20,000 nucleotides of DNA. Origin: an uncultured virus (IMG/VR IMGVR_UViG_3300001589_005208). Taxonomy: Duplodnaviria > Heunggongvirae > Uroviricota > Caudoviricetes. The stretch is from IMG/VR virus record IMGVR_UViG_3300001589_005208, one strand, 5' to 3'. The notes beneath the pieces are model-generated. The model was not told the origin of the DNA. It worked only from the letters and a program-made list of their open reading frames with translations, and did no database searches. Both the position numbers and the translations under genes were made by a program. Shown one piece after another: positions 1 through 7,991 of the stretch (position 1 is the first letter of the stretch; each line of letters begins with the position of its first letter).

Positions 1-2014
1 GTTTGGTGGAGAAGTTGCCGGAACTGGCATGAATATGAAGTCACTAGGTGACGCAGTAGACAAAAATGCTAGTCACTTTGGTGCTTTAGGTGCCGTTTTT
101 GGTGCAGCCGCAGGTGCTATAGTAGGACACAGTGCAAACTTAATTGACACATTTGATGGATTAAGTTCAACCGGTGCAACATTTACAAATAACTTATTTG
201 ATCTTGAAAGAGTAGCGGCTAACAGTTATTTGTCATTAGAACAAATGACAGGTATGTTACGACAAAACAGTGAAAGTTTAGCAGTATTTGGTGGTAGTGC
301 AAGATTAGGTGCAAAACGTTTTACTGAAATGAATCGTGTTGTACAAGACACTTATCGTACAGACTTTGCTATGTTGGGTATTAAGGCTAGTGAAAGTGCA
401 GAACTGTTAGCACAGTTCACTGCAATGCAAGCCAGAAACACACAGTTTGCAACAATGGGTGTGCAACAACAAGCACAAGCCGGAGCCAATTTTGTAAAAG
501 AAATACAAATGATGGCAAACTTAACTGGACAAGATCGTAAACAACTTGCTAGTAAAATGGCAAACGATAAACGTAGAGCAGATGTTGAACTACAATTGAG
601 TCGTATGACTGGTGAAGCATCCAAAGGTGCCAGAGCTGCATTTGCAACAATGGGTACACAGTTTGGTGAAAGCTCGCCAATAATGGACGCACTAAGAACT
701 AGTTTCTTAGGATTACCGGCAGCGGCAACTACTGCTGGAAACATGTTACTACAAGACGGTAATATGGGTCCTGTTATTGCAAAGATTACTGCCGGGTTAA
801 AAGATGGCACAGTGAGTATGACTGACATCCAAAAAGAATTAGCCGGAGTTAGTACTAAGTTTATCGATGCAAATAAAGGAATGGAAGGCATTGCACAATA
901 TAGTGAAATTGCAATGGCGTTTACAGAAGTATCGGCTGCATTATTAAATGCACAAAAGCAAAGATTAGTAGTTGAAAAAGATTTTAACGGAGACTATGAC
1001 AAGTTTGTTGCAGCTCAAAAAACACAACTAGACGAAAATAGTAAGAACATGAAGAATGTTGACTTNCTATCACAAGAAATTGGTAAAACTGTAAGATTAG
1101 GTTTTAATAGTGTAACAGAGTCAGCAGTAGGCGTTATGTCAGATGGTGTTAAAGCCTTAAAAACTCTTGTTGCTGGTATGCCAACATCAATGGACGAATT
1201 TAGTACTGCACTTGGAGATGCTAGTAAGCCAGCATCAGCAACAGGTGCCGCTATGGGATTGCAAAAAGGACTTGCGTCAGCAAAAAATCAGTTGGGTTTT
1301 TTTAAAAAAGCATTAGAAAGTATAGGAATTGGTGGTGGTGCTTCAGCAACTACTAAAGGAACAAGTTCTATTGCAGAAGGTGTAATAAAAGGAGCCACAG
1401 AATCAGACAAGGTAGCAAAAGCAGCCGGCCAATCAACTACTATGCTTAGTAAAGCATCTGGATTGTTAGGCAAGATTCTTCCAAGAATTCCTATTATAGG
1501 TTCAGCACTTTCGGGTGGTGTAACATATGCAACAAGTGAGCAAGAAACACAAGTTGGTAAACTCAGTGAAGGTATTGGTTCAGGACTTGGATCATTTGGC
1601 GGTGCAGCCGGCGGAGCGGCAACAGGTGCATTAATAGGAAGTGCAGTTCCAATTATTGGAACTTTAATTGGTGGAATAATAGGCGGTATTGCTGGCGGTA
1701 TTGGCGGAGATATGCTTGGTAAATCTGTAGGAGGTAAGTTAGCAAACTTCTTTGGATTTGCAGATGGCGGAATTGTTACACAACCAGTTTACAATGCTGC
1801 AATCGGTGAAAAACCAGGAACACAAGAAGGTGTTTTTCCTTTACCTGCAAACTTTGACAAAGAGACAGCCTTTGACAGAAGCGGTGAGAAAGCAATGGCT
1901 CAAGCGGCACAACAGATAGCAAAAGCAGTAACTAACTTTGATAACTCTGAAATGTTACAAGAGATGAGAAAATTTAATAAAAATATTAAAGTAGTCGGAG
2001 ATAGACTAGCATAA
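1..2014 (+). CDS. Tape-measure-like tail protein, probably 5'-truncated (track start at 29; the frame is open back to the window edge)
   Basis: Long Ala/Gln/Met-rich helical sequence, a Gly-zipper hydrophobic stretch (GAAGGAATGALIGSAVPIIGTLIGGIIGGIAGG) and the C-terminal motif FADGGIV..P..A.IGE.....EGVFPL typical of tape-measure C-termini. No stop in frame between positions 2 and 29. Confidence 0.65.
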   Translation, partial: FGGEVAGTGMNMKSLGDAVDKNASHFGALGAVFGAAAGAIVGHSANLIDTFDGLSSTGATFTNNLFDLERVAANSYLSLEQMTGMLRQNSESLAVFGGSARLGAKRFTEMNRVVQDTYRTDFAMLGIKASESAELLAQFTAMQARNTQFATMGVQQQAQAGANFVKEIQMMANLTGQDRKQLASKMANDKRRADVELQLSRMTGEASKGARAAFATMGTQFGESSPIMDALRTSFLGLPAAATTAGNMLLQDGNMGPVIAKITAGLKDGTVSMTDIQKELAGVSTKFIDANKGMEGIAQYSEIAMAFTEVSAALLNAQKQRLVVEKDFNGDYDKFVAAQKTQLDENSKNMKNVDXLSQEIGKTVRLGFNSVTESAVGVMSDGVKALKTLVAGMPTSMDEFSTALGDASKPASATGAAMGLQKGLASAKNQLGFFKKALESIGIGGGASATTKGTSSIAEGVIKGATESDKVAKAAGQSTTMLSKASGLLGKILPRIPIIGSALSGGVTYATSEQETQVGKLSEGIGSGLGSFGGAAGGAATGALIGSAVPIIGTLIGGIIGGIAGGIGGDMLGKSVGGKLANFFGFADGGIVTQPVYNAAIGEKPGTQEGVFPLPANFDKETAFDRSGEKAMAQAAQQIAKAVTNFDNSEMLQEMRKFNKNIKVVGDRLA

Positions 2015-2017
2015 CGG

Positions 2018-2046
2018 TTGCAATAAATACAATAGTATGCTATTAT
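2018..2046 (+). promoter_or_regulatory. Putative promoter(s) for the portal gene: late-type AATAAATA (2022-2029) nested in a sigma70-like TTGCAA-N17-TATTAT with extended -10 TG
   Basis: Motifs read directly in the gap between the tape-measure-like gene and portal. The DNA is AT-rich, so chance matches are possible. Confidence 0.45.
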
Positions 2047-2080
2047 AATAGTTACAACCCACGTATTGGAAGAAATATAA

Positions 2081-3784
2081 ATGAGCTGGAAAAAGTATTT
2101 TAAAGTAGTAAATGCAGACAACATGACAGGTTCTGTTACTGCTCCTATAGGCACTCAGCCTGATGTAGGATTTAAAAATTATCAAAGTGTACTACCAGAA
2201 GTGTACACAGGACATCCTAATCGTATTGATAGGTACAATCAGTATGAAACAATGGATAGCGACAGTGAAATCAATGCCGCATTAGATATATTAAGTGAAT
2301 TTAGTACACAATCAAATGTAGAGAATCATACACCGTTTGATATATTTTTTAAAAGTCAACCGAGTGATACTGAAACGCAGGTATTAAGAGAAGCATTATA
2401 TAACTGGATTAGTTTAAATGACTTTGACAGACGTATTTTTAAAGTATTTCGTAATACTATTAAGTATGGAGATCAAGTGTTTATTCGTGATCCACAAACC
2501 TTTCAATGGTTTTGGGTAGACAACGCAGACGTTGTAAAAGTTATTGTAAACGAAAGTGCTGGAAAGAAACCAGAGCAGTACATACTAAAAAACATCAATG
2601 TTAACTTTCAAAACTTAACAACTACACAACCGCAACATTCAGATCAAATGACTGGAAAAATGAGCGGAGATCAAAGTGCAGGCAATGTTTATGATTTAGG
2701 ACAACATCAAGGATCATCAAGTAGTGGTTCACGTTTTAGTAATAGTACAAATGAATTGGCTATTGATGCAAAACACGTTGTACATATTAGTTTAACAGAA
2801 GGATTAGATCCTAACTGGCCTTTTGGACTTAGTGTTTTAGAAAGTGTATTTAAAGTATACAAACAAAAAGAATTATTAGAAGATGCGATTATTATTTACA
2901 GAGTACAACGTGCTCCTGAAAGACGTGTTTTTTATATTGACGTAGGTAACATGCCAGCACACATGGCAATGGGCTATGTTAACAGAGTTAAGAATGAAAT
3001 ACATCAAAGACGTATTCCAAGTCAAAGCGGTGGTGCTAATACAATGGATGCAACATATAATCCATTAAGTATTAACGAAGACTACTTCTTTCCACAAACT
3101 GCTGAAGGACGTGGATCAAAAGTTGATACATTACCAGGTGGTACAGGACTTGGTGAAATTGATGACTTAAAATATTTTACTAATAAGTTATTTAGAGGAT
3201 TAAGAATTCCAAGTAGTTATTTGCCAACTGGTGCAGATGACGGAAGTTCAACAGTAGTTGACGGTAGAGTTGGAACTGCATTAATTCAAGAATACAGATT
3301 TAATCAATATTGTAAAAGATTGCAACATAGTGTAGCAAGTACGTTTGATTTTGAATTTAAGATGTTCCTTAATTGGAAAGGTTACAATATAGATAGTAGC
3401 ATGTTTGAGCTTAGAATGAATGAGCCTCAAAACTTTGCCGCTTATAGACAAGCAGAAATTGATAGTCAACGTGCTTCGTTGTTTACAAGTCTATCACAGA
3501 CCGAGTATCTAAGTAAACGTTTCTTACTTAAACGTTTCTTAGGATTAAGTGAAGAAGAGATAACTGACAACGATAGAATGTGGGCTGAAGAAAATGGTGC
3601 ATCTAATATAGGTAGCACTTCTGGACAAGAACTTAGAAGTGTAGGTGTCACACCAGGTGATATTAACACTGATTTTGATTCACTTGAAACAGGTGATGAT
3701 GCAGACATCGGCGGCGACGATGTAGACTTAGACTTAGATGTAGGTGGAGACGCTCTACCGGCAGATGATGCTGCAGATGAGTAA
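2081..3784 (+). CDS. gp20: Portal vertex protein, T4 gp20-like
   Basis: Hallmark gp20 motifs LLEDAIIIYRVQRAPERRVFYIDVGNMP, EDYFFPQTAEGRGSKVDTLPGG and DDLKYF..KLFRGLRIPSSYL; 567 aa; upstream of protease, scaffold and capsid genes. Confidence 0.96.
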   Translation: MSWKKYFKVVNADNMTGSVTAPIGTQPDVGFKNYQSVLPEVYTGHPNRIDRYNQYETMDSDSEINAALDILSEFSTQSNVENHTPFDIFFKSQPSDTETQVLREALYNWISLNDFDRRIFKVFRNTIKYGDQVFIRDPQTFQWFWVDNADVVKVIVNESAGKKPEQYILKNINVNFQNLTTTQPQHSDQMTGKMSGDQSAGNVYDLGQHQGSSSSGSRFSNSTNELAIDAKHVVHISLTEGLDPNWPFGLSVLESVFKVYKQKELLEDAIIIYRVQRAPERRVFYIDVGNMPAHMAMGYVNRVKNEIHQRRIPSQSGGANTMDATYNPLSINEDYFFPQTAEGRGSKVDTLPGGTGLGEIDDLKYFTNKLFRGLRIPSSYLPTGADDGSSTVVDGRVGTALIQEYRFNQYCKRLQHSVASTFDFEFKMFLNWKGYNIDSSMFELRMNEPQNFAAYRQAEIDSQRASLFTSLSQTEYLSKRFLLKRFLGLSEEEITDNDRMWAEENGASNIGSTSGQELRSVGVTPGDINTDFDSLETGDDADIGGDDVDLDLDVGGDALPADDAADE

Positions 3785-3787
3785 AGG

Positions 3788-3793
3788 TAAATA
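3788..3793 (+). promoter_or_regulatory. Late-promoter core TAAATA 5 nt before the ATG at 3799 (possible leaderless transcript)
   Basis: GGTAAATACTAACATG; matches the core of the T4 late promoter TATAAATA. Confidence 0.5.
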
Positions 3794-3798
3794 CTAAC

Positions 3799-4005
3799 AT
3801 GGAACTAGATGATCTTTTTAAAAAGAATAGACAAGACGGCGAAAGCGATAATAGTACACTACAACTAAGTGATACTCGTAAATCCCGTTTGACCTTAGAG
3901 CAAATCAATAAAATGCGTCGTATTCGCGAAGCAAAGAAAATTGAAGAATACGAGAAGCTCAAACGTATAAAATTACAATATGGCGGCAGTGGCGGGTCAG
4001 AATAG
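3799..4005 (+). CDS. Small basic helical protein of the head module (position equivalent to T4 gp67/gp68 prohead core genes)
   Basis: 68-aa ORF filling the gap after portal; Arg/Lys-rich helix RKSRLTLEQINKMRRIREAKK. Function is inferred from synteny only. Confidence 0.7.
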   Translation: MELDDLFKKNRQDGESDNSTLQLSDTRKSRLTLEQINKMRRIREAKKIEEYEKLKRIKLQYGGSGGSE

Positions 4006-4097
4006 TTTAGTTTTAGTTCAAGTTATAGTTATCCCGATATAAATGTCAAAAAGTGCTACTTTTTTGCCTTTATACCTACCTTTATTGAAAACATAAG

Positions 4098-4103
4098 TAA
4101 ATA
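4098..4103 (+). promoter_or_regulatory. Late-promoter core TAAATA upstream of the core-protease-scaffold-capsid operon
   Basis: AGTAAATATT in the intergenic gap; SD AGGAG at 4132-4136. Confidence 0.55.
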
Positions 4104-4143
4104 TTACTACCATAATAAAACATATCCTAATAGGAGTCTGAAA

Positions 4144-4872
4144 ATGAGCGATAAATGGAAACAATTAATTGACCTAGTGGTCAATGAAGAAGAAGATAAA
4201 GCCTCCGAGCTTTTCCACGAGATTGTAATTGAAAATTCTCGTGAAATTTATGGAAACTTAATCAACAGTGAAGAAGCAGTTGAAGAAGAGTCTGTAGACG
4301 AAGTAAGCAGTGATGAAGTTGATAATTTTATTGATGATATCAAAGCAGACGAAGAAGGCGTAAGAGAAGAGGACGACGAAGAAGACGAAGACCTCGAAGG
4401 CGCTGAAGACGAAGTTAATGATGCAATGGATATTCCAAGTGATGAAGACCATGCAGAAGGCGAAATTGAAAATCGTGTAGTTGATACCGAAAATAAGGTT
4501 GATGAATTAGGCGACGAAATTGAAGCACTTAAGGCAGAATTCGCTGAGTTAATGAATGACGGTGAGCCAGAAGAAACAGAAGAGCCAGAAATGGAATCTG
4601 TTGAAGAAGCAACTGAAGAAGAGTCAGAAGCAGTAGAAGAAGCAACTGAAGAAGATGCAGACGCTGTAGAAGAGTCAGAAGAAGTTGTAGTTGAGTACAC
4701 AGAAAAAGCACCAGCACCAAAAGGTGGTGATGATGATAATGCAACATCAACTGTAGCAAAATCTGGTAAAGGCGGAATCAAAAATTCTAGTTCAGCAGAA
4801 GAAAAAGGTGGAGCAACACCTAAATCACAAAGCATGGGTGGAACAACAAAGCCAGACATGAAAAAAGTCTAA
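4144..4872 (+). CDS. Highly acidic prohead core / internal scaffolding-like protein
   Basis: 242 aa, very Glu/Asp-rich, with a short coiled coil (VDELGDEIEALKAEFAELM), repeated VEE motifs and a basic K/G/S-rich tail; between portal and protease; strong SD. Confidence 0.7.
   Translation: MSDKWKQLIDLVVNEEEDKASELFHEIVIENSREIYGNLINSEEAVEEESVDEVSSDEVDNFIDDIKADEEGVREEDDEEDEDLEGAEDEVNDAMDIPSDEDHAEGEIENRVVDTENKVDELGDEIEALKAEFAELMNDGEPEETEEPEMESVEEATEEESEAVEEATEEDADAVEESEEVVVEYTEKAPAPKGGDDDNATSTVAKSGKGGIKNSSSAEEKGGATPKSQSMGGTTKPDMKKV
4603..4655 (+). repeat. Direct repeat GAAGAAGCAACTGAAGAAGA x2 (33-nt period; EEATEE)
   Basis: Exact 20-nt copies at 4603-4622 and 4636-4655. Confidence 0.9.
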
Positions 4873-4883
4873 GGAGTACTTAG

Positions 4884-5519
4884 ATGACTTCAGTATACTT
4901 AAAAGAGAATTTGACATTTGCTCAAGCTCGCTTGATAACAGAAAGTTCAGATGATGGCAAGGATTTATTCCTTAAAGGCATTTGCATTCAAGGTGGCGTT
5001 ACTAACGCCAACGGACGTAACTATCCGGTAAGTGAAATTACCAAGGCAGTTTCGGCACTAAATGAACAAATTACTGAAGGCAGCTCGGTATTAGGAGAAG
5101 TCGATCATCCAGATGACTTAAAGATCAACTTAGATCGAGTATGTCATATGATAACCGATGCATGGATGGATGGTCCAAACGGTTATGGTAAATTAAAAAT
5201 ACTTCCTACGCCAATGGGGAGTCTAGTACGAACAATGCTAGACAGTGGCGTCAAGTTGGGAGTATCAAGCCGCGGTAGTGGCAATGTCAATGAGGCTTCG
5301 GGAGAAGTAAGCGACTTCGAAATCGTCACAGTCGACGTAGTTGCACAACCATCGGCGCCAAACGCATACCCAACAGCTATATACGAAGGCTTAATGAACA
5401 TGAAATTTGGTCATAAAGCATTAGATGTGGCGCGAGAGGCACAAGAAGATAGTCGTGTACAAAAATACTTAAGAGATGAGGCTTTACGCCTAATCAAAGA
5501 ACTTAAACTAAGGAGTTAA
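4884..5519 (+). CDS. gp21: Prohead core protease, T4 gp21-like
   Basis: Motifs N.NGRNYP, LGEVDHP (His), KLGVSSRGSG (Ser) and DVVAQPSAP.A (Asp); SD AAGGAG overlapping the upstream stop. Confidence 0.96.
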   Translation: MTSVYLKENLTFAQARLITESSDDGKDLFLKGICIQGGVTNANGRNYPVSEITKAVSALNEQITEGSSVLGEVDHPDDLKINLDRVCHMITDAWMDGPNGYGKLKILPTPMGSLVRTMLDSGVKLGVSSRGSGNVNEASGEVSDFEIVTVDVVAQPSAPNAYPTAIYEGLMNMKFGHKALDVAREAQEDSRVQKYLRDEALRLIKELKLRS

Positions 5520-5524
5520 CCAAT

Positions 5525-6607
5525 ATGTTTGACGCACTCAAACCATTGCTTGACAGCGGTATTGTAAATGAAGAAACTAAGACCGAGATTCAGGAAGCCT
5601 GGGAATCCAAGTTAACTGAGACTCGTGAAGAGATTCGCTCTGAATTAAGAGAAGAATTTTCAAGACGTTACGAGCATGATAAAAACACAATGGTTGAGGC
5701 TCTAGACAAAATGGTTACTGAAGGACTACAGTCTGAAATCGAACAAGTCGTTGCAGAACGCACAAAGCTCGAAGAAGACCGTGTCAACTTTAATGCTAAG
5801 ATGACTACAAAGTCAGAAAAATTTGAAGGCTTTATGGCTACCAAATTAGCAGAAGAGTTAGCAGAACTAAACGAAGACCGTAAAGCACAGGCTAGTACAC
5901 TTGATAAGTTACAAAAGTTTGTTGTTAATGCTTTAGCAGAAGAAATTAGCGAGTTCCACAAGGACAAGCAATCTGTTGTTGAAACAAAGGTCAAGTTAGT
6001 TGCAGAAGGCAAGAAACAAATTGAGTCATTAAAGACTAAATTTATTGATCGTGCTTCTACACTAGTTCAGAAAACAGTAACTGAGAACCTCAATAACGAA
6101 TTAACTCAACTAAAAGAAGACATCGAACAAGCACGTCAGAATAACTTCGGACGTAAACTATTTGAAACTTTTGCGGCAGAGTTTGCAACTTCGCATTTAA
6201 ATGAAAATGCGGATATCAAAGATTTGCAAAAGCAAGTTGAAGAAGTAAAAGCAAAATTGGCAGAATCTACAAAGACTACTGATGAGAAATCAGCACTAGT
6301 TGAAAGTAAAGAAGCCGAAATTCGTAGAATTAAAGATCGTATTGCCCGCGATTCAATGTTATCACAGATGATGGCACCTTTGAACAAAGATCAAAAAGAA
6401 GTAATGAGTTCATTACTTGAATCAATTACAACTGATCGTTTAGACGCATCATTTAACAAGTATTTGCCAGCAGTTCTTAAGAATGACACTAAAACAACTA
6501 ATAAAGTTTTAGCAGAAACTAAAGAAGTAACTGGGAATAAAAAAGAAACCAAGCAGGATTCAGATGAGGGCAAAATCATCGAAATCAAGCGTTTAGCAGG
6601 TTTATAA
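5525..6607 (+). CDS. gp22: Prohead scaffolding protein, T4 gp22-like
   Basis: 360-aa charged coiled coil between protease and capsid genes; FGRKLFETFAAEF segment; many L/V-x-E sites; SD AGGAG. Confidence 0.85.
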   Translation: MFDALKPLLDSGIVNEETKTEIQEAWESKLTETREEIRSELREEFSRRYEHDKNTMVEALDKMVTEGLQSEIEQVVAERTKLEEDRVNFNAKMTTKSEKFEGFMATKLAEELAELNEDRKAQASTLDKLQKFVVNALAEEISEFHKDKQSVVETKVKLVAEGKKQIESLKTKFIDRASTLVQKTVTENLNNELTQLKEDIEQARQNNFGRKLFETFAAEFATSHLNENADIKDLQKQVEEVKAKLAESTKTTDEKSALVESKEAEIRRIKDRIARDSMLSQMMAPLNKDQKEVMSSLLESITTDRLDASFNKYLPAVLKNDTKTTNKVLAETKEVTGNKKETKQDSDEGKIIEIKRLAGL

Positions 6608-6633
6608 TACATTTTAACTAGGAGACGATAAAA

Positions 6634-7857
6634 ATGTCTAACTTAATCGAAAGTCGCTGGGACGAAACAAAAGATGCCCTTTTAGAAGGCCTCGCAGGTT
6701 CTAAGCGAAAAAATATGGGTGTTGTTTTAGAAAACACCAAAAGATATATCAGTGAAGCAGCAACAGCAGGTGCAACTGCAGCCGGCGACATTGGTGTACT
6801 AAACAAGGTAATTTTACCTGTAATCAGACGTGTAATGCCAACTGTTATTGCTAACGAAATCGTTGGTGTTCAGCCAATGGCAGGACCTGTTTCACAGATC
6901 CACACACTAAGAGTTAAGTACAATGCAGCGACTGACCATGCCGCTACACAGTTACAAGATTCAACTGGTTCTAACTTAGCCGCAGGTGACGAAGCATTAT
7001 CACCAGCTGCAATCGCAGCAGGTTATTCTGGTGTTGATAGTGGAACATCTGGTGCCCCTGATGCAACTGCTAACTTAGAAGGTAAAGCAGGAAACACAAT
7101 GAGTATCGAAATTCTAAAAGAGACAGTAACTGCGAAAACTCGTAAGTTATCAGCTCGTTGGACTTTTGAATCAGCTCAAGACGCACAAAGCATCCACGGT
7201 ATCGATGTAGAAGCAGAAATTATGGCTGCATTAGCACAAGAAATTACTGCTGAAATCGACCAAGAGATTCTTGTAAGTCTAAGAGCATTAGCAGCTGCTG
7301 GTACAGGTTCCGCATTTGGCGCCAACACAGCCGCATATGATCAGGCTGCAGTATCTGGTACAGCTACTTACGTAGGTGATGAGCATGCCGCATTAGCAGT
7401 ATTAATGAATCGTGTAGGTAACAAGATTGCACAAAGAACACGTAGAGGCGCAGGTAACTGGGCAGTTGTAAGTCCACAGGCACTTACAGTACTACAAAGT
7501 GCATCAACTTCAGCATTTGCTAGAACAACAGAAGGTACTTTTGAAGCACCAACAAACACTAAAATGGTTGGAACATTAAACAGTAGCATGAGAATCTATG
7601 TAGACTCATATGCCTCTGATGCAACAGCAGTATTAGTTGGTTACAAAGGTTCAAGTGAAACAGATGCAGCAGCATTTTACTGCCCATACGTTCCACTAAT
7701 GAGTTCAGGTGTTGTGCTTGATCCAGCAAGTCTAGAGCCAGTAGTTGGTTTTATGACACGTTATGGTTATCAAACACTAACAAACACATCAAACTCTCTT
7801 GGTAACGCCGCTGATTACCTAGGTAGCATTTCAGTTGCTAACCTATCATTCAGTTAA
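6634..7857 (+). CDS. gp23: Major capsid protein, T4 gp23-like
   Basis: Motifs ILPVIRRVMP..IANEIVGVQPM.GP, VTAKTRKLSARWTFESAQD, EITAEIDQEI, AFYCPYVPL and GFMTRYG; followed by a strong terminator. Confidence 0.97.
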   Translation: MSNLIESRWDETKDALLEGLAGSKRKNMGVVLENTKRYISEAATAGATAAGDIGVLNKVILPVIRRVMPTVIANEIVGVQPMAGPVSQIHTLRVKYNAATDHAATQLQDSTGSNLAAGDEALSPAAIAAGYSGVDSGTSGAPDATANLEGKAGNTMSIEILKETVTAKTRKLSARWTFESAQDAQSIHGIDVEAEIMAALAQEITAEIDQEILVSLRALAAAGTGSAFGANTAAYDQAAVSGTATYVGDEHAALAVLMNRVGNKIAQRTRRGAGNWAVVSPQALTVLQSASTSAFARTTEGTFEAPTNTKMVGTLNSSMRIYVDSYASDATAVLVGYKGSSETDAAAFYCPYVPLMSSGVVLDPASLEPVVGFMTRYGYQTLTNTSNSLGNAADYLGSISVANLSFS

Positions 7858-7878
7858 TAACTAAGATATGTTAAACAT

Positions 7879-7905
7879 AAAGCAGGGCTTAGGCCCTGCT
7901 TTTTT
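7879..7905 (+). terminator. Intrinsic terminator after the major capsid gene
   Basis: AGCAGGGC-TTAG-GCCCTGCT perfect 8-bp stem followed by a T run. Confidence 0.92.
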
Positions 7906-7906
7906 G

Positions 7907-7917
7907 TGACTAAATAT
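7907..7917 (+). promoter_or_regulatory. Late promoter TGACTAAATAT directly after the terminator
   Basis: TAAATA at 7911-7916; the same 11-mer recurs at 18453-18463 in the same context. Confidence 0.7.
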
Positions 7918-7920
7918 ACT

Positions 7921-7991
7921 TGTAGATGCATAAGCATTTACTTATGGGGCACCAACCCCGTATTACATAGAACGTAACTAAGGAGAAACAA
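7921..7991 (+). promoter_or_regulatory. Candidate structured 5' leader RNA (two hairpins) upstream of the 152-aa gene
   Basis: GTAGATGC-ATAA-GCATTTAC (7922-7941) and TATGGGG-CACCAA-CCCCGTA (7943-7962), then SD AGGAG at 7981-7985. Confidence 0.5.

Noticed and set aside
2081..7857. Introns, inteins or stop-codon reassignment in the portal, protease and capsid genes
   Set aside because: All read through at expected lengths under the standard code, with conserved motifs contiguous and no visible insertion.
7921..7991. tRNA or a known riboswitch class in the structured leader
   Set aside because: No cloverleaf, TTCGA T-loop or CCA end, and I cannot recognise the core of a known riboswitch. Kept only as an unassigned structured-leader candidate.
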